From a virus, in the IMG/VR virus record IMGVR_UViG_3300025141_000022, positions 1 through 64,000 of that record: 64,000 bases of DNA. One strand, given 5' to 3'. Under the pieces are notes generated by a model. That model was not told where the DNA came from. It made no database searches and saw only the letters and a list, made by a program, of their open reading frames with translations. Shown in pieces: positions 54,410-64,000 of this stretch. Positions within the stretch are counted from its first letter, which is position 1, and each line of letters begins with the position of its first letter. Position numbers and translations under genes: made by a program.

Positions 54410-54700
54410 ATGAAGACAAGTTTGGAAAAATGCTTAGAAGAAGCACTCGATAATATAAGGAAAGATCGCGAAGTTACAAAAGAATTGCTCAACGATGCAA
54501 TTGCCTATTTAGCTAAAGATGATGGCCGTCACAAAGAGATCGGAGTCATTCTGGCCAAGTATGTAGAAACCCTCCAGCGCTCCAATGAGCAATTGGTGAA
54601 AGTCGCAGCACTTAAGCAGAAGAAAGAAGGTGCCTCTGTCGGGCTGACTGAGCACGATAAGAACGAGTTATTTGACATAATCAAAGGGGGCTCAGAATAA
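54410..54700 (+). CDS. Hypothetical phage protein
   Basis: 96-aa helical ORF. Confidence 0.7.
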   Translation: MKTSLEKCLEEALDNIRKDREVTKELLNDAIAYLAKDDGRHKEIGVILAKYVETLQRSNEQLVKVAALKQKKEGASVGLTEHDKNELFDIIKGGSE

Positions 54701-56172
54701 TGTCGTTAACAGTTGTACCTATTAATCCTGCAGGCAACACTAGTGCCGCTGGCGTCAATGCTGACACTCCAGCCACTGTGCAGCCAAATGAAACTACTTC
54801 GAACACCGTTGATGGCCTTTCGGGAGATCCGGCTAGACATGCATTCGGTGAATTGAACGCAATCACAGAAATTCCAAATGCGCCATTGCCCCCTGGAATT
54901 CACAATCCAGACGGCCCCGGTGATCCTTTTGGGGCCCACCGTGCCGCCACTCGCGCCGCGCTGACACCACAATCAATCCAGCAGGCTAATATTAGTGGTT
55001 GGCTCGGTACCGTCCTTCGCGTCGAAGATGTTCAGCAAGATAGTGGTACAGATGATGGTACATGGGTAAGCGCGGTTAGTCGCACATCGGCTAGCCAACA
55101 ACCCAGGGTACATATTAAAGTTAGAATACCAGAGTTACATGTTGGTATGCCAGAGCCAGAAATGTATGGTCCTGACGCGCCCGATTCTGATCAAGCAATA
55201 ATGGACGGGTATCCAACGTTTATTGGTGAGGTGCCAGGACTACCAACTCCCCAGCCCGGCGATATCGTCAGAGTTACGTTTGGAAACTTAGCAACTCAAT
55301 CTGATCCAAAATACCTAGGCGGCCAGACTCCCGGTGTCGGCGGAGTCGGCGGTGTTGGAGCCTTCGGCGCCTTTGGTGCAGGCGCCGCATCATTGGTGGG
55401 GAATGAATCTCAATGGGAAACCGGCACCGGCGAAATTGAATCTTACAGAGTTGTATTAACTGGAGCCCAAGCTACTACTGCTGTTTCAGCCTTTAGAACT
55501 GTTATACAAAATATGGGACTCGAATGGCAAGAGCCTGGAGGTGAGCATTCAAGTGGGCCAATTGCAATGAATTGTATTGGTGTTCGTTCTGCGACTTTAG
55601 AAGCAAATAAGTTTAGAGACAGATTCAATTGTTGTTGGTATGAAAATGGCCAGTGGACGGTGTATAGTTGGCCAAACACAACTACACCGGGATATAATGG
55701 ACTGACCGATCCTAGTTATCGTTCAGGGCAAGGCGTAGCAATCATGGTCCCTGGTCAATATAGGGCTTGGAAAATCCGTAATCATGGCTCCAGCAACCCT
55801 TATCCAGCCGGCGGACAGACCATGGGATCGGTAAGAATATATCGCGATGCGAATGTTGGCACTACATTGGATATGGATGCTTCAACTATTACAGAAGGGT
55901 ACTTTGGTATCAACCTTCACAGATCAAGAGCTTCAGGTCGTACACCAAGTGTTGGTCCGTGGAGTCTGGGATGTCAAGTGTTTCAAGAAAATCAACAAGG
56001 CTTTGCCGAGTGGATGACATTGTTTTATAAACTTGAGGAAGCCTATGGACAAGTGGGAGTGTATTATACTCTAATGCCAGAAACAGCGTTCAGCGGCTAT
56101 AACGGAACTGCTGGCTCTGGACAACCAATTCCAGGCCGTCCCGATCCATCGGCCGCAGCTAGCGAGACTTAA
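54700..56172 (+). CDS. Putative baseplate protein: gp5-like OB fold plus YkuD (L,D-transpeptidase)-like domain
   Basis: KVRIPELH...PGDIVRV; GINLHR...WSLGCQ. Confidence 0.55.
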   Translation: MSLTVVPINPAGNTSAAGVNADTPATVQPNETTSNTVDGLSGDPARHAFGELNAITEIPNAPLPPGIHNPDGPGDPFGAHRAATRAALTPQSIQQANISGWLGTVLRVEDVQQDSGTDDGTWVSAVSRTSASQQPRVHIKVRIPELHVGMPEPEMYGPDAPDSDQAIMDGYPTFIGEVPGLPTPQPGDIVRVTFGNLATQSDPKYLGGQTPGVGGVGGVGAFGAFGAGAASLVGNESQWETGTGEIESYRVVLTGAQATTAVSAFRTVIQNMGLEWQEPGGEHSSGPIAMNCIGVRSATLEANKFRDRFNCCWYENGQWTVYSWPNTTTPGYNGLTDPSYRSGQGVAIMVPGQYRAWKIRNHGSSNPYPAGGQTMGSVRIYRDANVGTTLDMDASTITEGYFGINLHRSRASGRTPSVGPWSLGCQVFQENQQGFAEWMTLFYKLEEAYGQVGVYYTLMPETAFSGYNGTAGSGQPIPGRPDPSAAASET

Positions 56173-56190
56173 TAGTAATAGGAGATATAT

Positions 56191-57144
56191 ATGGCATTTT
56201 CATTATTTGGAAAACCCTTCCCACCAAATAGAGCCGCCAAGGCACACGATCAAGAAGGTCTGTTAGAATCTACCCAAGCTATGAGGCAACTTTCCCAAGC
56301 AGTAACTGCGGGAATTGCCGGTACAGGCGCCTTTTGTGGAAGATTGGCAGAGCCGATTCCTGGGTTTATTGAGGCTGAATGTGAAACAATTAATTTTGGC
56401 GCTGGCGAGAATTCTTGGCAAAGCAACACATGGATTATATTAGGCCGCGACCGCCCCGGATCTCGCCTGACTGGATATGGCGGCAATGGCGAGACACAAG
56501 CCGGAATGATTGATATTGTTTGTGGCCGAGGTGGTCACGACCCCAACGCGGAAGAAGAGGTAGATCCAAGCTTTGTGTTAGATGCTGCAAGAGTATATGT
56601 ATCGCAAAAAACAGATGTGGATAGAAATTTTGAATTGGTAGCAGGCTCTGTTGGTTCAAAATCAAGTAAATATAAGTCTGCAGTCGCAATGAAGGCTGAT
56701 GGAATACGACTTATTGCAAGAGAGGGGATTAAGCTAGTCACGCTGTCCGAAGAAGCGAATTCCAGAGGACAAATTCCTGAATCGATTAAAGGCATCGATT
56801 TAATAGCTGGAAATGACGACAGAGACTTGCAGCCACTAGTAAAAGGTAACAATCTTGTCGAGTGCTTGAAATCAATGATGCAACACATCGATGAGTTAAA
56901 TGCACAAGTTGAAAGCCTAGCAAGGGAGAACTTGAAGCATGCTACTGCGATAGCTCTTCATGTTCATTCTTTTCATGGTACCCCTGGAACAAATATTGGT
57001 GTTTCTGCTGGACAGATTGTCAGAAGTGCTAGCACTATGCTCGATACATGGATTCATAAAGTAAATAACTTTACCGTAACTACAAGATATTTAGAACCTT
57101 TTGTAGACGGTTATATTTTAAGTAGACACAATCATACAAACTAA
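56191..57144 (+). CDS. Putative baseplate spike/puncturing protein
   Basis: Beta-rich C-terminal half, HVH tip motif, structural context. Confidence 0.5.
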   Translation: MAFSLFGKPFPPNRAAKAHDQEGLLESTQAMRQLSQAVTAGIAGTGAFCGRLAEPIPGFIEAECETINFGAGENSWQSNTWIILGRDRPGSRLTGYGGNGETQAGMIDIVCGRGGHDPNAEEEVDPSFVLDAARVYVSQKTDVDRNFELVAGSVGSKSSKYKSAVAMKADGIRLIAREGIKLVTLSEEANSRGQIPESIKGIDLIAGNDDRDLQPLVKGNNLVECLKSMMQHIDELNAQVESLARENLKHATAIALHVHSFHGTPGTNIGVSAGQIVRSASTMLDTWIHKVNNFTVTTRYLEPFVDGYILSRHNHTN

Positions 57145-57155
57145 AAGACAAAACA

Positions 57156-60100
57156 ATGGCTGACATCGAAATTACACAACAAGAATATCTTAATATACTT
57201 TCTGCGTCAGCAGAGGTGTCCGAACTAGAAATTGTAGATGCTTCCAGAATAATAATTGCCGATCCATGCTCGTACACTGGAAGCCAAGAGGAACCCGAAG
57301 AAGAGCTTCCCTGTGGTTGCGAACCAGATCCAGAGGCGTATGTGCCGAACTGGTATGAGTTGGCCGGCGGATCAACCTTATTTGACCCAACACAGTGTAC
57401 AATGTTAACCGTAGTGCAGACTGAGTGGGCCGGCCCAGGCGGTGATCAATTTATGTCTAGAGTTACCGCTTCTATGACTACTGGAGTCGATCAATTTATC
57501 GATCATTATAATAAGGCTCCAACTATGACCGATCCAGATGAGGATTCAGATACATCAGGTTCGACCATAAACACGACTGATTATCTACTTCGCCATGCAT
57601 ATATGCCAATGCCAGATAGCACTAATGAACAACCAATTGGATATTATGTTGAGACGCGTCCTATTTTCCCGATGAAAATAAGGTTTGATATTCCGGTAGA
57701 TATAATACAAGGAGTAGAGGAAGTACCGGCCACATCCAGCATCAATGATATTATGTTTGCTGCTTCGGCTAGCGTCTATTCAGTTATTGCAGACACTTTG
57801 ACAGGAAACAGTGTTAAATTAAAATGGACAGACTTTGCCCACAAAATCCGCCGTGTCCGTCGCGCATTTGACATATATGGTGGTTATGTTAGTGCATATA
57901 AAATAACTAATGGCGGCGATGTTGAAGGTTTAGATTTACAACAAGAAAGGGACAACTTAAGTCGATTCAGACCGGCCCTTAAGGACTTCTTGATAGAAAA
58001 TGATATATATCCTAATTGGGCTCGATATGATGATGCAGAATATGAGTTTATATTCGATGACGAGTATCAACTAGAAGAAATACAGTTTTATAATCCTGGC
58101 TGTCCCCCGAAACCTCTTAAGAAAGGGCTGACTCGATTAAAGAAGACGCATCCATTTAACTGGCCAAGAACTATGGCCTACATTTCTGGCCTGCCAGCAA
58201 TGGATATATCCTTGACAGCTAGAGAGCCGATGCACTGGGTTGAGTTTCTTGAAACTTATACTTATCCAGCGATTGAGGTAAGAGATGGCCCAGAAGCTAC
58301 AACTGATGATGATATGAGCATGCTTGGTTGTGCGGTGGATGCCATGGCTGATAAGGCTAAGGCCGCACTCCTTAGTGCCATGTTTGAAATGGTTGACGCT
58401 ATTGCATTAGAGGTTCGAAGTCAGATTTGTACCGCGAAGCCTCGAAAAACAATATATGAGGTTAGAGAAGAAAATGCGATAATTGCAGATATGGGTAAAA
58501 TATTAGATTTATCCATGAATATAGAAGGATTGGAACATGCATTAAGTACGTTTTTTGGAGATCTGGAAGAGCATCTTGGTCGCATTGATACAATTGAAGA
58601 TCTATTTCAAGTTGGTCTTAATCCAATGGGTCGCTGCGGCTTCCAAGCTATGATCCAAGCCGCTTTGGGTTGCTTCGCACAAGGGTTTGGCTTTGATCAG
58701 ATGCTAGATAAAATTTTAGCCAAAGCAATCGAAGCAATGGACTCTCACGCAACTGAGTTTTTGTGTAAGATATTGCCACCAGAAGTTTGGGAAGAAATCA
58801 AAACTGAAGCCTTTAAGAAGATGTCATCAGCAGACGTGGCATATGCATTAGGAGAAGATTCATTTCCAAAGACATCTTCAGGTTCATTGATATCTTTGGA
58901 ATTATCAACCCAGCCAACAACCGGTACAACGTTTCAGATTTATGACGGCACGACTCAGGCTACTTTTACATTTGAAAAAACCATTTATATTGAGATTCCA
59001 TCGACTGTGCAGTACGGTGATGGATTAAGTTCTGAAAATGGCGACTCCAACGTAGAAAAGATGCAAACTATATTAGACCTGTTTGATTACCCATTGCCAG
59101 AATATGGGGTTGACGGAAAATTTGGTTCTGAAACTCAAGGTGCTGTTGAAAACTTTCAAGCATCAAATGGACTCACAGTTGATGGTATTTGTGGTCAAGA
59201 AACGTGGACCTACCTCCTAACAGGTGAAGCAGAATTAGAAGAGGGAGTGACAGAATATCTAGAGGAAGGTTCAGTCGTATATTACGCACCAGAAAATGTT
59301 AGCGATACTATTAGTAAAGCACTGGGCTCTGAAGGTGATTTGGTAACCGAATTGCAAGGTTTATTGTTAGATAAAGGATATGAACTTCCTGTATACGGAG
59401 CAGATGGCGACTTTGGCTCGGAGGCGGATTCAGCCGTAAAACAATACCAAGAAAAGAATAAGATGTCCGCTGATGGAGTTGTTGGGCCAAATACATGGCT
59501 ATCAATAAGATCATCCCGCGCCGCTCCCAATGTACCAGACACAATCCAGCACGGAGACTCAGGCGAAGCAGTTACCGAGATGCAGACATTGCTGGTTGAG
59601 AGTTTCTATTTTGAATTACCGGAACATGGCATCGATGGAGAGTTTGACGATGAAACAAAAGGTGTTGTTGAAGGATTTCAGCAGATTAATGATTTAACTG
59701 TAGACGGCATCTGCGGCCCTGAAACATGGACAGCCTTATACGATCCGACTTCAAATGATAATATAACTGGAGATTTGTTAGATCAACTGGAGGCAGAGTT
59801 TACTGCAACAATTCAAACTGGAGATACGCTAGCCGAAACCGCTGAGCATATATGCTGGGCAATAGACGCTATGGACTCTTTTAAGATGACTTCGTTGTTG
59901 GATGATGATAGTGGGCGAATGGTCAATCCAATAGAGACAGCTGATGCTGATATTGGTGGATTGATGGTGGAGCACAATGAGATTGGAGAAATCGAGGTCA
60001 CCGTTACAGATGATTCTGGAGCCTTCAGCAACATAGAAATAACTATGGGCGAAGCCGGTTGGGAAAATCTAGATTTACCAGATCCTTGGGGTGCCGGCGT

Positions 60101-63100
60101 CGAGTTTAATGGTGAAGCGGCTCTGGATGTAATTCTTGATTATATCAAGGAAGCTATCTTAGAATACTATGAAGACGCCATGGAAGATTTGATGGAGTTT
60201 GTCGAACAACTTCCAGGGTTTGCACTAGTGGCAAAAATTATGGCTATAATTGATTGTCCACGTCCTCCATTATTTTCTCCGCCTCTAGACAACTGGATCC
60301 AAGATATAGATCTGAATTTCTGCCGAGGTATCGATGCAATCGCATTACCACAAGCTCTATTTCCAAAGTTTTATACTCCAAATTTGCTAGCAATTATAGT
60401 TGAGATCGCCAAGCAAAAGCTAAAGGAGCTTATACTCAAATTAACAATAAAGATCACGATAAATATTTTGATACAACTCCAAAGCACTATGTGCCAGATG
60501 TTGGAGGATTTGGGACAGATGGCGGCTGGCACATACGAAAATCCCGCTACTGGGGTTGATATAATGGATCTTCTACGCCAATTGGCAGGCTGTGAAGACG
60601 AGGAAGGCACCGATGAAGAAGGCGTTGCTGCAGCGGCAGACGCCCTAGCAGCTGTGGGAGCAGAAGGCACAGAGGAATCGGCAGAGCAGCTAATGTTGTC
60701 TCTCGCGTCGGTCATTACATATCAAGAATATATGGATGTTATCAACTGTGAGGCATCTGAAGCAACGTATCAAATGATGGCCAACTTGGTGGCCTCAATA
60801 GCGGACTTAGCCGAAACCTATCCTGGGCTGACCACAGTAGCTGGAATTAAAGCCCTCTTCTGTGAAATTGGCGCCCAGCTTAACTTGGAAGAGTTTAATG
60901 ATCAAATGGAAGAACATGCTCGTTCTACAAACATGCTTCCAGTAGCACCTACCTTTTGTGATGTTGACGGGATAGAATTATTTAAACGATTGCGCGGCGA
61001 TCTATTGGCAGAAAAAGACCCTGATATGACAGATGAGCAGGTGGCAGATCAGGTGCAAGCTGCTGTTGATAGCTTAGAAGATCAGTTTGATTTACTGAGT
61101 GATTTACAGCAAGGTGGATTAGAAGCATATATTCAAGGTCAATTGCCACCATTGTTCCCCACAGATGGATGCGAAGAGAACGCGCTGCTGCCAGCCATAC
61201 CTCCCGCAATGGCCTTGGCGGCTTCTGCTGCAACAAAAGGCGCGTTAGCCAGCGTTCAAGATCAGTATTTTAGAGATATTGGCTATTCAAGAGGTGGATT
61301 TTTCGATTACATGTTGTGTGACAAAAAAGGAACCACATTTAGCACACACAATTGGGTTTATGAGTTATTTTATTCATTTAGATGGTTTGAAAGGCCGGTA
61401 GCAGTATACCCTAACACAATAGCTCAATATATGAGAGATCAAATGCGACAAAATGGCGGAGCATTTACGGATCTTTGCGGCGGCCAGAGCGGTTCAGTGG
61501 ACAGTAAAGATAATTTTACATTTGATTCACCAAGTTATATTAATAATGGCGGCACTGGAACATCATATAACAACAATACAAGAGATCCAGATGCCATATT
61601 GACATTTAATGATTCAGAAGGTACCTGGGCCAGCGACTTTTATGTCGAGGTGCAATATTGGAATTTTCTCACCTCTGATGAGGGCTCAACAGCCTCTACT
61701 GATAACACTTTTAGGTTAAAGGTGGTGGAAAACTGGTCAGAAGAAGAAACAATGGTAGATATCACAGGACAATCAGAGATGTCAGATGAGGTAGAAGAGT
61801 TCCTTACGGACTTAACCGAGGGTGCTTTAGATCTATCAGCAGGACACTCAAGACAAGCTGAGGCGTTTGCTCAAATGATCAAGAAGCAGCTTTCCGAAGC
61901 GCTAGGCGTAGCTGATGATAATGAGGCGCTAGGACAACTAACAGATCTATTCCGCACAAGAGTATTCAATAATATTTCCGAGAAAATGATTAAAGGATTA
62001 TTATTAGAGACATGTAGCCCGTTTGAATGGAACTCTACTGAATCCCCTTCCTGGTTTTGGGGAAAGAAATTTGGCGAAGAACCCGTACCAGATCCAATGA
62101 ACCCAGAAGAAAATCTCGAAATTGAACCAGATTACAAATATCCTTATGCGCCGTTATCGCAAAACAATGGTATGGTTGGGGTCGCATCAGTGTTCGTGCC
62201 TCCATGGGACGCATGTAATCCACCTGGGCCAGACGTTATGCAGTGGGATGAGATGTGCGATATTATAGATGAGCTACAGAAAACTTTGCCAGAAGATGAA
62301 AGGCTGGGCTACCTCCCAGATTGTCGTCAAGATCCACCCTTTGATCGAATCCAAGGAAAGTTTTGTCGCGGCGGAACTGAAGGTATGATTAAAGTGATTA
62401 TGCGTATCCACATCGTAGAGATAATGATCAAGAGCCTACATACATTTTTAAGGTTTCAATCATCTTATTCAGGAACTCATGATGATCTATTTCTTTCGTA
62501 TTTGGTTTCAAGAACTTCTTACAACCTTAAAGAAGATGGTAAGGGCTTTTGGGGGCAGGAGAACTGGTCATATTATTACGAATTCATTGAGCAATGTGCC
62601 AGAATTTGCCGAAGAAAAGTCGAAGCTGGAGAGATCGAGAATCCTTCCGAAGAATTAGAACAGGCCCTATCTACAATTGCAGACGAAGTAGAAAAATGGA
62701 AAACTGACCGAGTACAGCTAGAAATACCTCCCAAAATTTTAGATAGATTCATGGGAGTGTATAGAGAAAAGTGGGAAGAGGTCATTAGTAGAGCAGAGCC
62801 CGCAGCCTTAGTTTGTGTAAAAGAACTTTACAAATTAGAGTTGGGCCCAATGATGGATAATCTGCACTCAGCAGTTCAAGGATATCCAATTATTAACGCT
62901 AGTGAAGATTTTGGAACATTGCACAAATTATTGTTAGGATTGACAAACGATAACTGGGTTCCAACATTTGATGCCCCATCGCACTTAGCCCTTAAAGATG
63001 AAGAAGGGGAACTGTCAATAACCGAAGCTGATGATCGATTTGGAACGTTCTTGACTGAAGACAATGCCTTCAATGCGATCCAAACAGATCTTGAAGCTGA

Positions 63101-64000
63101 TGAAGAGGAGGGTAGAGCCGCTGTAAATGGACATGAAGCAACAGTCGATAGATTCGCAGATGGCTGGTTCTTCTTAGAGAGATATATTAGGGTTGATGAG
63201 AAGTGGACTACCGCAACAGAATATAGCGATGGTTGGATCGCCTCTGGAGAAAAATCCGTGTTTGATTTTAGTCTATCCGAGGCTATTTCATTTGGTATAG
63301 ATGAAACCACTGGAGAAAGTTCAGTTGTAGATGAGGAAACATTTGCCGTAGCCGCTGCTGAATTTTATGATGCTACCGGCCACACTGTTACTGCAGATTG
63401 GTCAGATGAGGGTGAAATGACGGCAATTTATGTCGATGGGGTATTAATTGAAAGCGCATCCACCATTAGCGACTTAATTGTGTATGAGCCTAATTCCAGA
63501 GATCCTAGGCTATATGGAATAATGAATATAGAAGCATGGAAAGATTTTATTCAGGCTTCGGGCTTAGAAGGCACCATCGCTGATTACTTTGAAAATTGGT
63601 ACTTTGGCTTAAGGTTATGTTATGTTCCATCATTAGCTGAAAGAACAGACTGGGGCGATGATTCTGTATCTATCCCTAGTCTAATTAAAACTTTAGTTGA
63701 TGATGAGTCTAACGCAGACTATGCTTACAATGCGATTACAAAAATGAAATCGATTGCAATTCCCGACGCTGGTAGATCACACGAAACAACCTCAACTAGT
63801 ACCAGCAGCACTAGTGATACTGTGGCGCGAGAAAGTCCTTATATCGGGTCGCCGCCGGATAGTTCAGCAGACTCATCTAAAAGGCTTTATGCAATCCCAC
63901 TTGTATCTGTAGAAGTAGCAATAGAGGAACAATATGTCCAAAACTATGCTGGTATGGATGATTATGACGAAGAGTGCATGCTCAGACTACTAAGGGCAAC
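57156..64000 (+). CDS. Giant acidic structural protein, 3'-partial (>2280 aa), with three peptidoglycan-binding domains
   Basis: ATG 57156; frame spot-checked open at 59040 and 63960; absent from the track, as expected if there is no in-window stop; DG.FG..T..AV..FQ...L.VDG..G..TW x3 at about 59030-59740. Confidence 0.8.
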   Translation, partial: MADIEITQQEYLNILSASAEVSELEIVDASRIIIADPCSYTGSQEEPEEELPCGCEPDPEAYVPNWYELAGGSTLFDPTQCTMLTVVQTEWAGPGGDQFMSRVTASMTTGVDQFIDHYNKAPTMTDPDEDSDTSGSTINTTDYLLRHAYMPMPDSTNEQPIGYYVETRPIFPMKIRFDIPVDIIQGVEEVPATSSINDIMFAASASVYSVIADTLTGNSVKLKWTDFAHKIRRVRRAFDIYGGYVSAYKITNGGDVEGLDLQQERDNLSRFRPALKDFLIENDIYPNWARYDDAEYEFIFDDEYQLEEIQFYNPGCPPKPLKKGLTRLKKTHPFNWPRTMAYISGLPAMDISLTAREPMHWVEFLETYTYPAIEVRDGPEATTDDDMSMLGCAVDAMADKAKAALLSAMFEMVDAIALEVRSQICTAKPRKTIYEVREENAIIADMGKILDLSMNIEGLEHALSTFFGDLEEHLGRIDTIEDLFQVGLNPMGRCGFQAMIQAALGCFAQGFGFDQMLDKILAKAIEAMDSHATEFLCKILPPEVWEEIKTEAFKKMSSADVAYALGEDSFPKTSSGSLISLELSTQPTTGTTFQIYDGTTQATFTFEKTIYIEIPSTVQYGDGLSSENGDSNVEKMQTILDLFDYPLPEYGVDGKFGSETQGAVENFQASNGLTVDGICGQETWTYLLTGEAELEEGVTEYLEEGSVVYYAPENVSDTISKALGSEGDLVTELQGLLLDKGYELPVYGADGDFGSEADSAVKQYQEKNKMSADGVVGPNTWLSIRSSRAAPNVPDTIQHGDSGEAVTEMQTLLVESFYFELPEHGIDGEFDDETKGVVEGFQQINDLTVDGICGPETWTALYDPTSNDNITGDLLDQLEAEFTATIQTGDTLAETAEHICWAIDAMDSFKMTSLLDDDSGRMVNPIETADADIGGLMVEHNEIGEIEVTVTDDSGAFSNIEITMGEAGWENLDLPDPWGAGVEFNGEAALDVILDYIKEAILEYYEDAMEDLMEFVEQLPGFALVAKIMAIIDCPRPPLFSPPLDNWIQDIDLNFCRGIDAIALPQALFPKFYTPNLLAIIVEIAKQKLKELILKLTIKITINILIQLQSTMCQMLEDLGQMAAGTYENPATGVDIMDLLRQLAGCEDEEGTDEEGVAAAADALAAVGAEGTEESAEQLMLSLASVITYQEYMDVINCEASEATYQMMANLVASIADLAETYPGLTTVAGIKALFCEIGAQLNLEEFNDQMEEHARSTNMLPVAPTFCDVDGIELFKRLRGDLLAEKDPDMTDEQVADQVQAAVDSLEDQFDLLSDLQQGGLEAYIQGQLPPLFPTDGCEENALLPAIPPAMALAASAATKGALASVQDQYFRDIGYSRGGFFDYMLCDKKGTTFSTHNWVYELFYSFRWFERPVAVYPNTIAQYMRDQMRQNGGAFTDLCGGQSGSVDSKDNFTFDSPSYINNGGTGTSYNNNTRDPDAILTFNDSEGTWASDFYVEVQYWNFLTSDEGSTASTDNTFRLKVVENWSEEETMVDITGQSEMSDEVEEFLTDLTEGALDLSAGHSRQAEAFAQMIKKQLSEALGVADDNEALGQLTDLFRTRVFNNISEKMIKGLLLETCSPFEWNSTESPSWFWGKKFGEEPVPDPMNPEENLEIEPDYKYPYAPLSQNNGMVGVASVFVPPWDACNPPGPDVMQWDEMCDIIDELQKTLPEDERLGYLPDCRQDPPFDRIQGKFCRGGTEGMIKVIMRIHIVEIMIKSLHTFLRFQSSYSGTHDDLFLSYLVSRTSYNLKEDGKGFWGQENWSYYYEFIEQCARICRRKVEAGEIENPSEELEQALSTIADEVEKWKTDRVQLEIPPKILDRFMGVYREKWEEVISRAEPAALVCVKELYKLELGPMMDNLHSAVQGYPIINASEDFGTLHKLLLGLTNDNWVPTFDAPSHLALKDEEGELSITEADDRFGTFLTEDNAFNAIQTDLEADEEEGRAAVNGHEATVDRFADGWFFLERYIRVDEKWTTATEYSDGWIASGEKSVFDFSLSEAISFGIDETTGESSVVDEETFAVAAAEFYDATGHTVTADWSDEGEMTAIYVDGVLIESASTISDLIVYEPNSRDPRLYGIMNIEAWKDFIQASGLEGTIADYFENWYFGLRLCYVPSLAERTDWGDDSVSIPSLIKTLVDDESNADYAYNAITKMKSIAIPDAGRSHETTSTSTSSTSDTVARESPYIGSPPDSSADSSKRLYAIPLVSVEVAIEEQYVQNYAGMDDYDEECMLRLLRA

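Noticed and set aside
59282-63310. Short ORFs listed by the track in the last 7 kb
   Set aside because: Alternative-frame or antisense by-products of the giant + strand ORF starting at 57156.
1-64000. Diversity-generating retroelement, retron, integrase or transposase explaining the array
   Set aside because: No reverse transcriptase, tyrosine/serine recombinase or transposase motifs were recognised, and no template/variable repeat pair; such genes could lie outside the window.
1-64000. Alternative genetic code (stop-codon reassignment)
   Set aside because: Recognisable genes are full length in the standard code; TAA, TAG and TGA all terminate genes; no suppressor tRNA was seen.

Overview
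This window is a 64-kb segment of a large dsDNA tailed (jumbo-type) phage genome in the standard genetic code, with almost all genes on the + strand. It has four parts. (1) 1-7665 is a visibly GC-richer, early-type module. It holds a tandem array of at least 9 small 'MKVGDLV...EVINESR' SH3/KOW-like genes joined by a conserved ~30-bp dual-coding junction repeat. Single genes follow, each behind a repeated triple-TTGAC sigma70-type promoter element (CCHC knuckle protein, MoxR AAA+ ATPase, VWA/metallopeptidase partner). (2) 7666-8404 is a non-coding region with phased repeats, operator-like palindromes and a G/C tract (candidate origin or terminus). (3) 8405-40235 is AT-richer. It carries host-takeover and auxiliary genes (Smr, redoxin, FKBP, Rho-N, PMM, ClpP, thymidine kinase, PhoH, SpoU, PD-(D/E)XK nuclease), acidic putative head proteins, a tmRNA, five canonical tRNAs, one D-arm-less UAU tRNA-like gene and an endolysin. 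(4) 40250-64000 holds a glycosylation island, a sigma-factor-like gene, baseplate/spike-like genes and a >2280-codon ORF that runs off the window and is absent from the ORF track. The top novelty candidates are the cassette-like gene array, the non-canonical tRNA-Ile(UAU), the stacked-TTGACA promoter repeat, and ORFs whose stop codons lie inside tRNA genes next to a phage tmRNA/Smr/ClpP set. All family calls come from motif recognition by eye; no database search was run.
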